Shown: positions 51,001 to 58,850 of the stretch, in pieces
Position numbering within the stretch: the first letter of the stretch is position 1
How the letters are laid out: every line of letters begins with the position of its first letter
Assembly (NCBI GenBank): GCA_963666425.2
Contig: OY762825.2
Location: forward strand, 1,664,001-1,728,000
Reading direction: 5' to 3'
Length of the DNA: 64,000 nt
Source: Bacillota bacterium
GTDB taxonomy: Bacteria; Bacillota; JAAYKD01
Notes under the pieces: model-generated
Database searches by the model: none
Seen by the model: only the letters and a program-made list of their open reading frames with translations
Told to the model about the DNA's origin: nothing
Program-made: the position numbers and the translations under genes

Positions 51001-51182
51001 CCGCCATTGTCCAGCAAATTGTCCATGCCCTTCTGCACTACATCAGAGAGATACTGGGCCAGTATCTTGGATGCTTCCGCTTTATCAATGGGTGCAATTG
51101 CCTTACGGGCTTCCTGAACAACAGAAAGCTCGCTGCTGATCACTGTATTGATGACTTGTTCATAAAGGCCTGGTTTCAACAT
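48036..51182 (-). CDS. PLD nuclease + SF2 helicase + DUF3427-type C-terminus (SauUSI-like type IV restriction enzyme)
   Basis: RLHAKTY...YVGSSNLS (PLD HxK), GTGKT, DEFHH, GLTATPER, NEGVDIP, QQLGRGLR and C-terminal YNDYSINESLFHWQSQS. Confidence 0.82.
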   Translation of the reverse strand: MLKPGLYEQVINTVISSELSVVQEARKAIAPIDKAEASKILAQYLSDVVQKGMDNLLDNGGNLASQVALSNRIVKLIEQETQEADFAVFSVDGRAEQLFALLGENDPRLILGKTASDLNRPTTSIAQSSLFTGAVHEPQMFSELKKEILSADRIDLLVSFIKWSGLRLIIEELREFTRSSGELRIITTSYMGATDMKAVEELSKLPHTEIKISYDTKRTRLHAKTYVFYRNTGFSTAYVGSSNLSNSAISSGLEWNIKLTAKDLPETLEKITATFENYWHSTEFELYKEEERERLLGALKAERFGSEESRRFFFDIRPYPFQQEILDKLRAEREVRHLYRNLVVSAMGTGKTVISAFDYRRFYRDHIGQANRLLFVAHREEILIQSRDTFQGVLKDPNFGELFVGSYQPEGLDHLFISIQTLNSQEFCEKLPADYYDFIIVDEFHHAAAPTYQKLLSHFQPKILLGLTATPERMDGKSILDYFDGRIAAEIRLPEAIDRKLLCPFQYFGVTDTVDLSELRWMRGGYDKSELSNLYSLNRLVAERRAGNILQSLERYVTDMHDLKGLGFCVSVEHAKFMAEFFNKNSMPSISLVSESADEERNTAKKRLVAGEIRFIFVVDIYNEGVDIPEVNTVLFLRPTESLTIFLQQLGRGLRLTENKECLTVLDFIGQANKKYNFEEKFAALLANSNHSVQYELKNGFLSAPKGCYIQLEKIAVAYILENIKSSFSTKLGLISKLTNFVEDSGLPLNLANFLGYYHLDSRTIYVKYSFARLCVLAGAKENFDEAIEETLTKAFSRIVSIDSRRWITFLLDLLPRLNDVNFAKLPEREQRMLQMFYITIWQEAVEDWDNAEVLKNLYSLADSPVMLAELMKLLQYNYDRIDFLDEPLNLGFACPLDLHCVYTRDQLLVALDFMLPKTIREGVKWLPEKQIDILLVTLNKSDKHYSPSTMYNDYSINESLFHWQSQSTTSESSPTGQRYIHHRERGSKVLLFVRESKTDLAGTAPYSLLGLANYVQHNGSRPMNITWQLERPIPAKYLKKTNQLVVG

Positions 51183-51364
51183 GCTTGTTCACCTCAAATG
51201 GAAATATCTGTAATTTGATGATTGCTGTTGTTCTGCCAAAAAGTATAGCTTGAATTTCAAACCGATTCAAGTTCTTCTCGGTTCTTTCAGAGATCAATGC
51301 AAACATGATATCGCTGCAATACCGATTGATCGGTTCGTAGAAAGCCTAGGATCAGCCGCAAAAT

Positions 51365-51997
51365 TCAGACAAGAATGTTGTGACCGGAGTTCTTCAGCAA
51401 TTCAATCTGTTTTTTGGCCTTTTTATCAAGCAAGCTGCCTGACAACGCCTTTTCAAGATAACTTTCTATCTCATTGGATGCCTGATACCGATTGATGAAG
51501 ATGAGCATTGACAGGATGTCAAGAAGGATGGATTTCTGCATCGTCTCTTTGAAGGAGGCGAGCGGAATCGCGCATAAAGCAGAGCTGATTTTTGCACAAA
51601 GCTTCTGTTTATAGGGTATTATCTCACACAAAGACTGAATACACTGCCGCACGGTAATCGGTTTCTCGTCCTGCAGCAGTAATAAATAATCATCGATCGC
51701 GGCATCCAGCAAGTCCAGATTATCCCATCTTGTATTGGCAGCAAGCAGCATTGCCCCGAGGCTCCTTTGATAAGAATTGCTGTTTTTGGTTTTTTGATGG
51801 AAAACAGTAAAAAAAGGATAAACATCAGCTGCCTTTTGGGAGCGAAACTGCAGCAGTAAGAATGCTTGATATCTTAACTTATCATCTTTTTCGGACAGCC
51901 ATTCTACCAGTTGCGGTAGATCATCTGTTTCTAATTCCATTGCCGCCTGCGCGATCTGTTCTTTTTCAAGGGAACTTATTTCCTCTTTGGTAATCAT
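51365..51997 (-). CDS. Hypothetical HEAT/ARM-repeat-like protein
   Basis: Helical repeats LVEWLSEKDDKLRYQAF and LLLLQDEKPITVRQCIQSL; AGGAGG RBS. Confidence 0.6.
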   Translation of the reverse strand: MITKEEISSLEKEQIAQAAMELETDDLPQLVEWLSEKDDKLRYQAFLLLQFRSQKAADVYPFFTVFHQKTKNSNSYQRSLGAMLLAANTRWDNLDLLDAAIDDYLLLLQDEKPITVRQCIQSLCEIIPYKQKLCAKISSALCAIPLASFKETMQKSILLDILSMLIFINRYQASNEIESYLEKALSGSLLDKKAKKQIELLKNSGHNILV

Positions 51998-52078
51998 TAA
52001 AAACCCTCCTGAGCAAATAATTAGCTTATTTTGTTTGTTGATTCAGGAATGAACGCAAGGAAACCCGGCGAATCAGCC

Positions 52079-52873
52079 TTAGCCCAAGGCGACATCTAAA
52101 ACCATCATGATCAAGAAACCGAGCATCACGCCTAAAGTGCCGATATTGGAATGTTCTCCAAGATGAGCCTCCGGTATCAGTTCCTCCACAACCACATACA
52201 TCATGGCACCCGCCGCAAACGATAAAAGCCAGGGCATATACGGTATAATTACGCCGGCGAGCAGCACTGTCAGAATACCAAAAATAGGTTCCACAATTCC
52301 GGACATACTGCCAAGGAAAAAGGCCCTTGGCGGACTGACACCTTCCTGCCGAAGCGGCAGCGAGATGGCGGCTCCCTCCGGGAAGTTTTGTATACCAATG
52401 CCGAGCGCCAAAGCCAGGGCGGAAGCATAAACTGCCGACTCACCGCCATGTTGCGCAGCCAAAGCGAAGGAAAGACCAACTGCCATCCCTTCGGGGATAT
52501 TATGCAAGGTGACTGCCATAACCAGCAAAGAGGTTCGTTTCATCGAGGAAGACAAACCTTCTCTTGTGTTTTCCTGCGGATGCAAATGTGGAATCAGTTG
52601 ATCCAACAGGTACAAAAAAGCGATCCCCAGAATAAACCCACCGGCGGCCGGCAGCCAGCCAATCTGTCCGTTTGCTTCAGCCTCCTCAATCGCAGGGATT
52701 AACAGACTCCAAACGGAAGCTGCAATCATGACACCGGCGGCAAAACCAAGAAATATCTTCTGTATACTGCCGCTCATGGTTTTACGGAATAAAAAAACCA
52801 TGGCAGCGCCGAGTGTCGTCATGAGAAACGTAAAACCGGTACCGGCGCTGGCCCATAATAATGCTTTAATCAT
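52079..52873 (-). CDS. ZIP family metal transporter (ZupT/GufA-like)
   Basis: LGFAAGVMIAAS, TLHNIPEG, IQNFPEG and VVEELIPE. Confidence 0.93.
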   Translation of the reverse strand: MIKALLWASAGTGFTFLMTTLGAAMVFLFRKTMSGSIQKIFLGFAAGVMIAASVWSLLIPAIEEAEANGQIGWLPAAGGFILGIAFLYLLDQLIPHLHPQENTREGLSSSMKRTSLLVMAVTLHNIPEGMAVGLSFALAAQHGGESAVYASALALALGIGIQNFPEGAAISLPLRQEGVSPPRAFFLGSMSGIVEPIFGILTVLLAGVIIPYMPWLLSFAAGAMMYVVVEELIPEAHLGEHSNIGTLGVMLGFLIMMVLDVALG

Positions 52874-53348
52874 CTCTTCACCTCACTGCCAACTTATTTC
52901 CTTTTTCCTTCTATCTATTCCGCATCATAGAATAGAACCCCTTTTAGCTCTATCGGAAATAACCCGTATTTTGTTTCTATAGAGAATAATTCCATCTGAA
53001 TCACCGAGTGACGAAGGAACGCGAGAAAATCTTCTCCGGTATCGGGAGAGAGTTCCAGGGCTTTTTAAAAAAATGTTGTGGATTTAATGATAGTGTAAGT
53101 CGAATTGCCCTACTAGCGTAAGAACGCTTTCAATAAGCTAAAGATAACGGAGTCCCTTTCTCAACCAGATCTTTTTTCGTTAATTGGGGGATCCTTTGAT
53201 GAATCCTTGATTGAGCAACAAGCGGATTTTCAGTAGTATTACCGGAACGAAGGAGAGAAAATTGCTAGCTATAACCTGCAGTTTGAACGGAATAAGAACG
53301 CTCAAACAGCAGGTTATTTTTTGATGTAAATAAGGCTGAAAATAATTA

Positions 53349-53400
53349 TTGACATATGTCATAAACCGTGTATAATAAGAATTGAAAGCGGCATATGTCA
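53349..53400 (+). promoter_or_regulatory. Promoter with repeated CATATG-centred operator
   Basis: TTGACA (53349)-16 bp-TATAAT (53371); palindrome TGACATATGTCA (53350-53361) and second copy GGCATATGTCA (53390-53400). Confidence 0.75.
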
Positions 53401-53422
53401 AAAACAAAAGGAGGTGAATGAC

Positions 53423-53695
53423 ATGCCAAGCAGAGATGGGACTGGTCCAATGGGTGCGGGAGCAATGACCGGAAGAGGGTTAGGTACATGCGGAGCTCAT
53501 GCAGTAAAGTATGGTGCCGGCTTGGGATTAGCCTTAGGCTTAGGTTATGCTTGCAGGCGTGGTTTTGGATGTGGCTTTAGAAATGTTTTTTTTAATCAGA
53601 GCTCTACTAAAACACCAAAAGCAGTACTCCAAGAACAAAAAGAGGCATTGCAAAGACGACTAGAAGTCATCAATCAGCAACTAGAAAATTCATGA
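53423..53695 (+). CDS. Small Gly/Cys-rich protein (DUF5320-like)
   Basis: MPSRDGTGPMGAGAMTGRGLGTC N-terminus with a C-terminal coiled coil; AGGAGGTG RBS. Confidence 0.8.
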   Translation: MPSRDGTGPMGAGAMTGRGLGTCGAHAVKYGAGLGLALGLGYACRRGFGCGFRNVFFNQSSTKTPKAVLQEQKEALQRRLEVINQQLENS

Positions 53696-53899
53696 GAAAT
53701 GGCAGGAGTAACCAGACTTAGGTCTGGTTATTTCTGTGCCTGTTAAGTGAATGCGATTTCGCTTTCTTTGCTTCCCAAAACGAAAACAAAGTGGGAGTTC
53801 AATCGGGACTGCGACGCGTGAGACATAGACAATGCAGAAGAGTTTAGAGAAAGTTACGCAATTAACAACCGAAACAAGGAAATAGAATGGAGGGTTACA

Positions 53900-54265
53900 A
53901 TGAAAATAGCAATACCAGTGGAAAGTAAAGGGATCGAATCGGATGTATGCCCGTCCTATGGGCGAGCACCATTTTTCCTCTTCTATGATACGGTCACCAA
54001 AGAAAGCTATTATTTGGATAACAGTGCCGTCGCCAGCCAAGGTGGAGCGGGGATCAGAGCGGCTCAGGTTCTGGCAGATCATGGTGTTAAGGCACTGCTA
54101 ACACCGCGCTGTGGCGAAAATGCCAAAGAGGTTCTGCACAAAGCGGAGATTTTTATCTATAAATCAATTCCCGGAACAGCCAAACAAAATATAGAGGCCT
54201 ACTTAGCTGAACAACTCCTCTCTCTCAGTGATTTTCATCCGGGCTTTCATGGTCATGAAAAATAA
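53900..54265 (+). CDS. NifB/NifX family Fe-Mo cofactor-binding-like protein
   Basis: MKIAIPV, YGRAPFFLFYD, GGAGIRAAQ and CGENA. Confidence 0.88.
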   Translation: MKIAIPVESKGIESDVCPSYGRAPFFLFYDTVTKESYYLDNSAVASQGGAGIRAAQVLADHGVKALLTPRCGENAKEVLHKAEIFIYKSIPGTAKQNIEAYLAEQLLSLSDFHPGFHGHEK

Positions 54266-55136
54266 GAGCGTCAAAATTGCCGTGTTGAGTGGTAAAGGGG
54301 GTACCGGTAAAACGCTGATTGCCGTTAATTTGGCTGCAGCAGCCGGGGAATCTGTCTATATTGATTGTGATGTGGAAGAACCAAATGGTTATCTATTTTT
54401 CAAACCCGAAGCGGTTGCTGAAGAAGACATCACAGTAAAAATACCTGTTATCACTACAGCGCTATGCAATGGTTGCCGGCAATGTGTGGATTTTTGCAAA
54501 TTTAACGCGCTTGCTTTCATTAAGAATAAGCCGTATGTCTTTGAAGAAGTCTGCCACTCCTGCGGTGGTTGTCTGTTGCTTTGCCCAGAAAAAGCAATTA
54601 CTGAGAAAGAAAAGAAAATTGGAAAAATCAAAAAAGGTGTATCCGGTCGCGTCGCTGTCAATACCGGAGTGATGAACACCGGTGAGACTTCCGGTATTCC
54701 GATCATAAAAAAACTTTTGCATGAAAATAACAGCCATAACGAAGTTCCTGTCTTGATCGATTGCCCTCCGGGGAGTGCCTGCATTGTTATGGAAAGTATT
54801 AAGGATGCGGATTATTGCATATTGGTCGCTGAACCAACTGTGTTTGGAGTGCAAAACCTCAATATGGTCTATGATTTGGTCAGGTTATTCGGTAAACCAT
54901 ATGGAGTTGTGCTCAACAAATGCTTGAATGGTGAGAATCCTGCGGAAAAGTTCTGTATGGAAAAAAGTATTCCAATTTTGGGTCGGATCCCGTTTGATCA
55001 TGAGCTTGGAACGTTGAATTCAGATGCCAAAATAGTTGTAAGAGAAAGCGAGCGATTTCGGATATTATTCTCTACCCTGCTTGAAAGCGTGATGAAGGAG
55101 GTGCGACATGAAACAATTGTTGATCCTCAGCGGTAA
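54255..55136 (+). CDS. MinD-like P-loop ATPase with 2x[4Fe-4S] insert
   Basis: SGKGGTGKT, DCDVEEPN, CNGCRQCVDFC, CHSCGGCLLLCP and DCPPG. Confidence 0.9.
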   Translation: MKNKSVKIAVLSGKGGTGKTLIAVNLAAAAGESVYIDCDVEEPNGYLFFKPEAVAEEDITVKIPVITTALCNGCRQCVDFCKFNALAFIKNKPYVFEEVCHSCGGCLLLCPEKAITEKEKKIGKIKKGVSGRVAVNTGVMNTGETSGIPIIKKLLHENNSHNEVPVLIDCPPGSACIVMESIKDADYCILVAEPTVFGVQNLNMVYDLVRLFGKPYGVVLNKCLNGENPAEKFCMEKSIPILGRIPFDHELGTLNSDAKIVVRESERFRILFSTLLESVMKEVRHETIVDPQR

Positions 55137-55995
55137 AGGCGGCACTGGCAAGACGACAATCGCCAGTGCTTTCATCAAAATTGCTAACGCTGCAGCTTTT
55201 GCCGATTGTGATGTTGATGCGCCAAACCTTCATTTAGTCATGTTGCTAACCTGCGAGCCAAAGCAGACAGATTATTATGGCATGCCAAAAGCCAGGATAG
55301 AGATCAAAAAGTGTACCGCTTGCGGAAAATGTGAAGAGTTTTGCCGGTTTCAGGCAATTTCCTCCCTTGGAGGGTATAAAGTAGATCCATTTGCCTGTGA
55401 AGGCTGTGGTGTTTGTGCAGTAATTTGTCCAGCGGAAGCTATTCTATTAAGACCCACGATAGCGGGGAAGATGATGTTGTATACGGATAACGGTAAAGTT
55501 TTCTCGACAGCACAATTAAAAATGGGCAGCGGTACTTCGGGAATGCTTGTCACCAAGGTGAAAAATCAAATGAAATCAGCCTCGGCGCCAGCTACCGAGT
55601 TAGCGATCATCGACGGTTCACCGGGAATTGGCTGTCCGGTCATTGCTTCCCTCAGTGGTATTGATATGGTCTTGATTGTTGCGGAACCATCCATCTCCGG
55701 GATCAGCGACATGGAACGCATTATAAAAACTGCCGAGACATTCCAGACCAAGATCGGGGTCTGTGTCAATAAACAGGATACCAATCTCGCGAATACGGAA
55801 AAGATCGAAGAATTCTGCCGGGTGAAAGGTCTTGTGTTTACAGGAAAGATCCCCTTCGATCCGGCAGCGGTTCAGGCTATCAACCAGGGGATGACGATCG
55901 TCGACGTTGACTGTCCGTCTGGATCTGCTGTAAAAGAAGTTTTCAGCAGCAGCCTGAAATTGCTTTACAAGGAAGGCAATCAGCCAAGGGCATGA
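55108..55995 (+). CDS. MinD-like P-loop ATPase with 2x[4Fe-4S] insert (paralogue)
   Basis: SGKGGTGKT, DCDVDAPNL, CTACGKCEEFC, CEGCGVCAVICP and DGSPGIGCP. Confidence 0.9.
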   Translation: MKQLLILSGKGGTGKTTIASAFIKIANAAAFADCDVDAPNLHLVMLLTCEPKQTDYYGMPKARIEIKKCTACGKCEEFCRFQAISSLGGYKVDPFACEGCGVCAVICPAEAILLRPTIAGKMMLYTDNGKVFSTAQLKMGSGTSGMLVTKVKNQMKSASAPATELAIIDGSPGIGCPVIASLSGIDMVLIVAEPSISGISDMERIIKTAETFQTKIGVCVNKQDTNLANTEKIEEFCRVKGLVFTGKIPFDPAAVQAINQGMTIVDVDCPSGSAVKEVFSSSLKLLYKEGNQPRA

Positions 55996-56104
55996 ATAAA
56001 AAAGGGTTGGCGTCCACAAAAAACTGGAAACTGTTATGGTCATAAAGATCGATATTTTCGTCTGGAAAAGCAGGGAACAATTTTTAAGTAAGGAGATATT
56101 GACA

Positions 56105-57304
56105 ATGAGTGAAAAATGTGATCAAAATTATGGCAGCTGCGGTGAAGTCAGCGAAGATAGAAAAGCAGCGAAAACGGATTTCCGGGTAGATCCGCATGAA
56201 CTGAGTCATATCAAAAAGGTCATCGGAATTGTCAGCGGAAAAGGTGGAGTCGGAAAATCTTCGGTAACTTCTCTGCTTGCAGCAGCAATGCAAAGAAAGG
56301 GATATCATGTCGCGATACTGGATGCCGATGTCACGGGGCCTTCTATTCCAAAAGCGTTCGGGATCAATGGGAAGGTATCCGGTGGTGAATTCGGTTGGTT
56401 CCCATTGAAGAGTAAAACGGGAATTGACATTATGTCTATCAATTTACTCTTGGAAAACGATACCGATCCGGTGATTTGGAGAGGTCCGATTCTGGGTAAT
56501 ACGGTTAAGCAGTTTTGGACCGATGTTATTTGGGGTGATGTGGACTTTATGTTTATCGATATGCCGCCGGGCACCGGAGACGTACCGCTCACCATTTTTC
56601 AGTCGGTAGCGATAGATGGTATTATTATCGTAACCTCTCCGCAGGAACTTGTTTCGATGATTGTATCAAAAGCGGTTAAAATGGCGGAAATGATGGCGAT
56701 ACCGGTTTTGGGTTTGGTGGAAAATATGTCCTATTTCATCTGTCCAGATAACGGTAAGAAATATAAAATATTCGGCGAAAGCCATATTGATGAAATTGCT
56801 GATCAACACCATCTAAAGATTCTTGCCAAAATTCCGATTGAACCAAAAATCTCAGCAGCCTGTGATCAGGGTACGATTGAGTTCCTTCAGGAGGATTGGT
56901 TGGATTCTATTGCTCAAATATTAGACAAAACGGAGGAGAAAGAAATGATGAGAATTGCTATTGCCGGCGAAGGTAACAACGTGACGGAACATTTTGGCCA
57001 TTGCGTTAATTTCCTGATTTACGATGTGGAAAACGGTAAAATTATCAAGGAAGAATCCATTCCGAATCCTGGTCATAAACCGGGTTTTTTGCCAAATTTC
57101 CTTGCCGACCGCGGTGTTAAGGTGATAATCAGTGGTGGCATGGGTGGCGGTGCAGTTGATATTTTTAACGAAAGAAATGTTGAAGTTGTCGTCGGTGCTG
57201 CGGGTGATGCCAAAGCAGCTGTTGAAAAGTATCTGAGAGGCGAACTGAAGACAACGGGATCTGTTTGCCACGAACATCAGCATCAGGATGAATGCGGCAA
57301 ATAG
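56105..57304 (+). CDS. Mrp/NBP35 Fe-S carrier ATPase fused to a NifB/NifX-family domain
   Basis: SGKGGVGKS, DADVTGPS, DMPPGTGD and VENMS, then MRIAIA...HFGHC...GGMGGGA; ATG 56105 behind AAGGAG. Confidence 0.9.
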   Translation: MSEKCDQNYGSCGEVSEDRKAAKTDFRVDPHELSHIKKVIGIVSGKGGVGKSSVTSLLAAAMQRKGYHVAILDADVTGPSIPKAFGINGKVSGGEFGWFPLKSKTGIDIMSINLLLENDTDPVIWRGPILGNTVKQFWTDVIWGDVDFMFIDMPPGTGDVPLTIFQSVAIDGIIIVTSPQELVSMIVSKAVKMAEMMAIPVLGLVENMSYFICPDNGKKYKIFGESHIDEIADQHHLKILAKIPIEPKISAACDQGTIEFLQEDWLDSIAQILDKTEEKEMMRIAIAGEGNNVTEHFGHCVNFLIYDVENGKIIKEESIPNPGHKPGFLPNFLADRGVKVIISGGMGGGAVDIFNERNVEVVVGAAGDAKAAVEKYLRGELKTTGSVCHEHQHQDECGK

Positions 57305-57528
57305 GAGACGGTTTGCGCCCTTCGAGTTTTAAACGGATGAAGTGATAAATTGATTTCTTACATCCACACCATAAAAAAGTGAGTTGCAAGGAGCGAACCT
57401 GGAAGCGCTTAAGATGACAAATAGCAATTTTCACAAGCACGAGGCGAGTTGCTTGATAAAAAGATTCACTTGTTCTGCACTCAGAGAAGAAACTAGTAGA
57501 AACGCCGTTGCGGAATTCAGATGAACGA

Positions 57529-57574
57529 AGAGCAGAGCCGAGTGGCTGTAAAGGCAGGCACTCGGCTCTGCTCT
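57529..57574. terminator. Strong stem-loop downstream of the Fe-S ATPase operon
   Basis: 16-bp stem AGAGCAGAGCCGAGTG/CACTCGGCTCTGCTCT; weak U-tract. Confidence 0.55.
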
Positions 57575-57984
57575 GTTATCGTTGAAATATGAAAATATCA
57601 ATCCACTGGATGATTACATCATGAAAAAAAGGAATGTGTTATGGCTGCTTGACGAATACTTCCTCTGTTTTTAAATATTTCACCTATCATGATTGACACA
57701 GGATCAAATTCAGTTATGATAATGATGGATGTCCGTCAAGAAGTGATCAGAATTTTTCACCAAAATTATGAGAAGCAAAAGCAGATCCTGATGCGGCTAC
57801 TCGTTGCTGAGTGGTTTCTGGTTCCGTTTAAGACATGACAGATGGAATTGCAGCTTAAGTCAGCCGGGAATAGAGAAATTGACCTAATCTGATAGGATGG
57901 ATTTTGCATAGACAAGACGGCTGTTGATTCAGCCAATAACCACAATTTTAAGCCAAAAAATACTCGATATCGTGAGGGAATTCT

Positions 57985-58677
57985 ATGAAGATACAAGGAT
58001 TACAAAGAATGACATTACTTGATTATCCAGGGAAAATTGCAGCAACGGTATTTACCGGCGGCTGCAATTTTCGATGCCCTTTTTGTCATAATGCCTCTTT
58101 GGTTTTGAATCCGGAACAAGAGCGAGGCATATTAGAACAAGACTTCTTTGGCTTTTTGGCCAAACGGCGCGGATTATTGGATGGTATTTGCATATCAGGG
58201 GGCGAGCCACTTTTGCAGGAAGACCTGAAAAAATTTATTTCTGAAATCAAATCGCTTGGTTTCTTAGTAAAGCTCGATACCAATGGAAGTTTTCCCGCAA
58301 AACTCAAAGAGCTGGTCGGCGCTGGTCTGATTGATTATGTGGCAATGGATATTAAAAATTCGCCTGCCAATTATGCTAAAACAGCAGGAATCATTGATAA
58401 TATGCTGCCACGGATTAACGAAAGCGTATCTTTTTTACTTTCAGGTGCCGTTGATTACGAGTTTCGGACAACGGTAGTAAAAGATTTTCATACAAAAGAG
58501 GATTTTATTGAAATCGGGAAATGGATCCGGGGAGCCCAACGGTATTTTCTGCAAAATTTTGCGGATTCGGGAGATCTGATACAGCCCGGGCTTCAAGGTA
58601 TGGTTAAAACAGAACTGACAGCATTTGCGGACATCTTACGTGACTTTGTCCCTTCTGTGCAAATCAGAGGTGTATAA
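57985..58677 (+). CDS. nrdG: Anaerobic ribonucleotide reductase activating radical-SAM enzyme
   Basis: LLDYPGK, GCNFRCPFCHN, SGGEP, KLDTNG and YEFRTT; adjacent to nrdD. Confidence 0.93.
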   Translation: MKIQGLQRMTLLDYPGKIAATVFTGGCNFRCPFCHNASLVLNPEQERGILEQDFFGFLAKRRGLLDGICISGGEPLLQEDLKKFISEIKSLGFLVKLDTNGSFPAKLKELVGAGLIDYVAMDIKNSPANYAKTAGIIDNMLPRINESVSFLLSGAVDYEFRTTVVKDFHTKEDFIEIGKWIRGAQRYFLQNFADSGDLIQPGLQGMVKTELTAFADILRDFVPSVQIRGV

Positions 58678-58757
58678 CCTGTATCTTGTATCAGTAGAAA
58701 AGTAAAACACAATATATTGTGCTTTGTCTTGACAAGTTGATATAATCATATTACAAT
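58676..58757 (+). promoter_or_regulatory. NrdR box(es) and nrdD promoter
   Basis: ACACAATATATTGTGC (58707-58722) matches the NrdR box, with a weaker AACCTGTATCTTGTAT 31 bp upstream; TTGACA (58729)-17 bp-TACAAT (58752). Confidence 0.8.
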
Positions 58758-58850
58758 GAACTTGCTCTCGCAATGTTTGTGAGAGCAAGTTGCTTTATTA
58801 AATCCAATCGTAATAAAAACGATTTTTAAGCCAAAGGAGAGGACTGCACA

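Noticed and set aside
52874-53340. Metal-sensing riboswitch upstream of the ZIP transporter
   Set aside because: Long intergenic region, but no yybP-ykoY or NiCo consensus could be matched by eye.
57722-57838. 38-codon small ORF (MMDVRQEV...) upstream of nrdG
   Set aside because: No RBS and no recognisable motif; cannot be supported without conservation or ribosome-profiling data.
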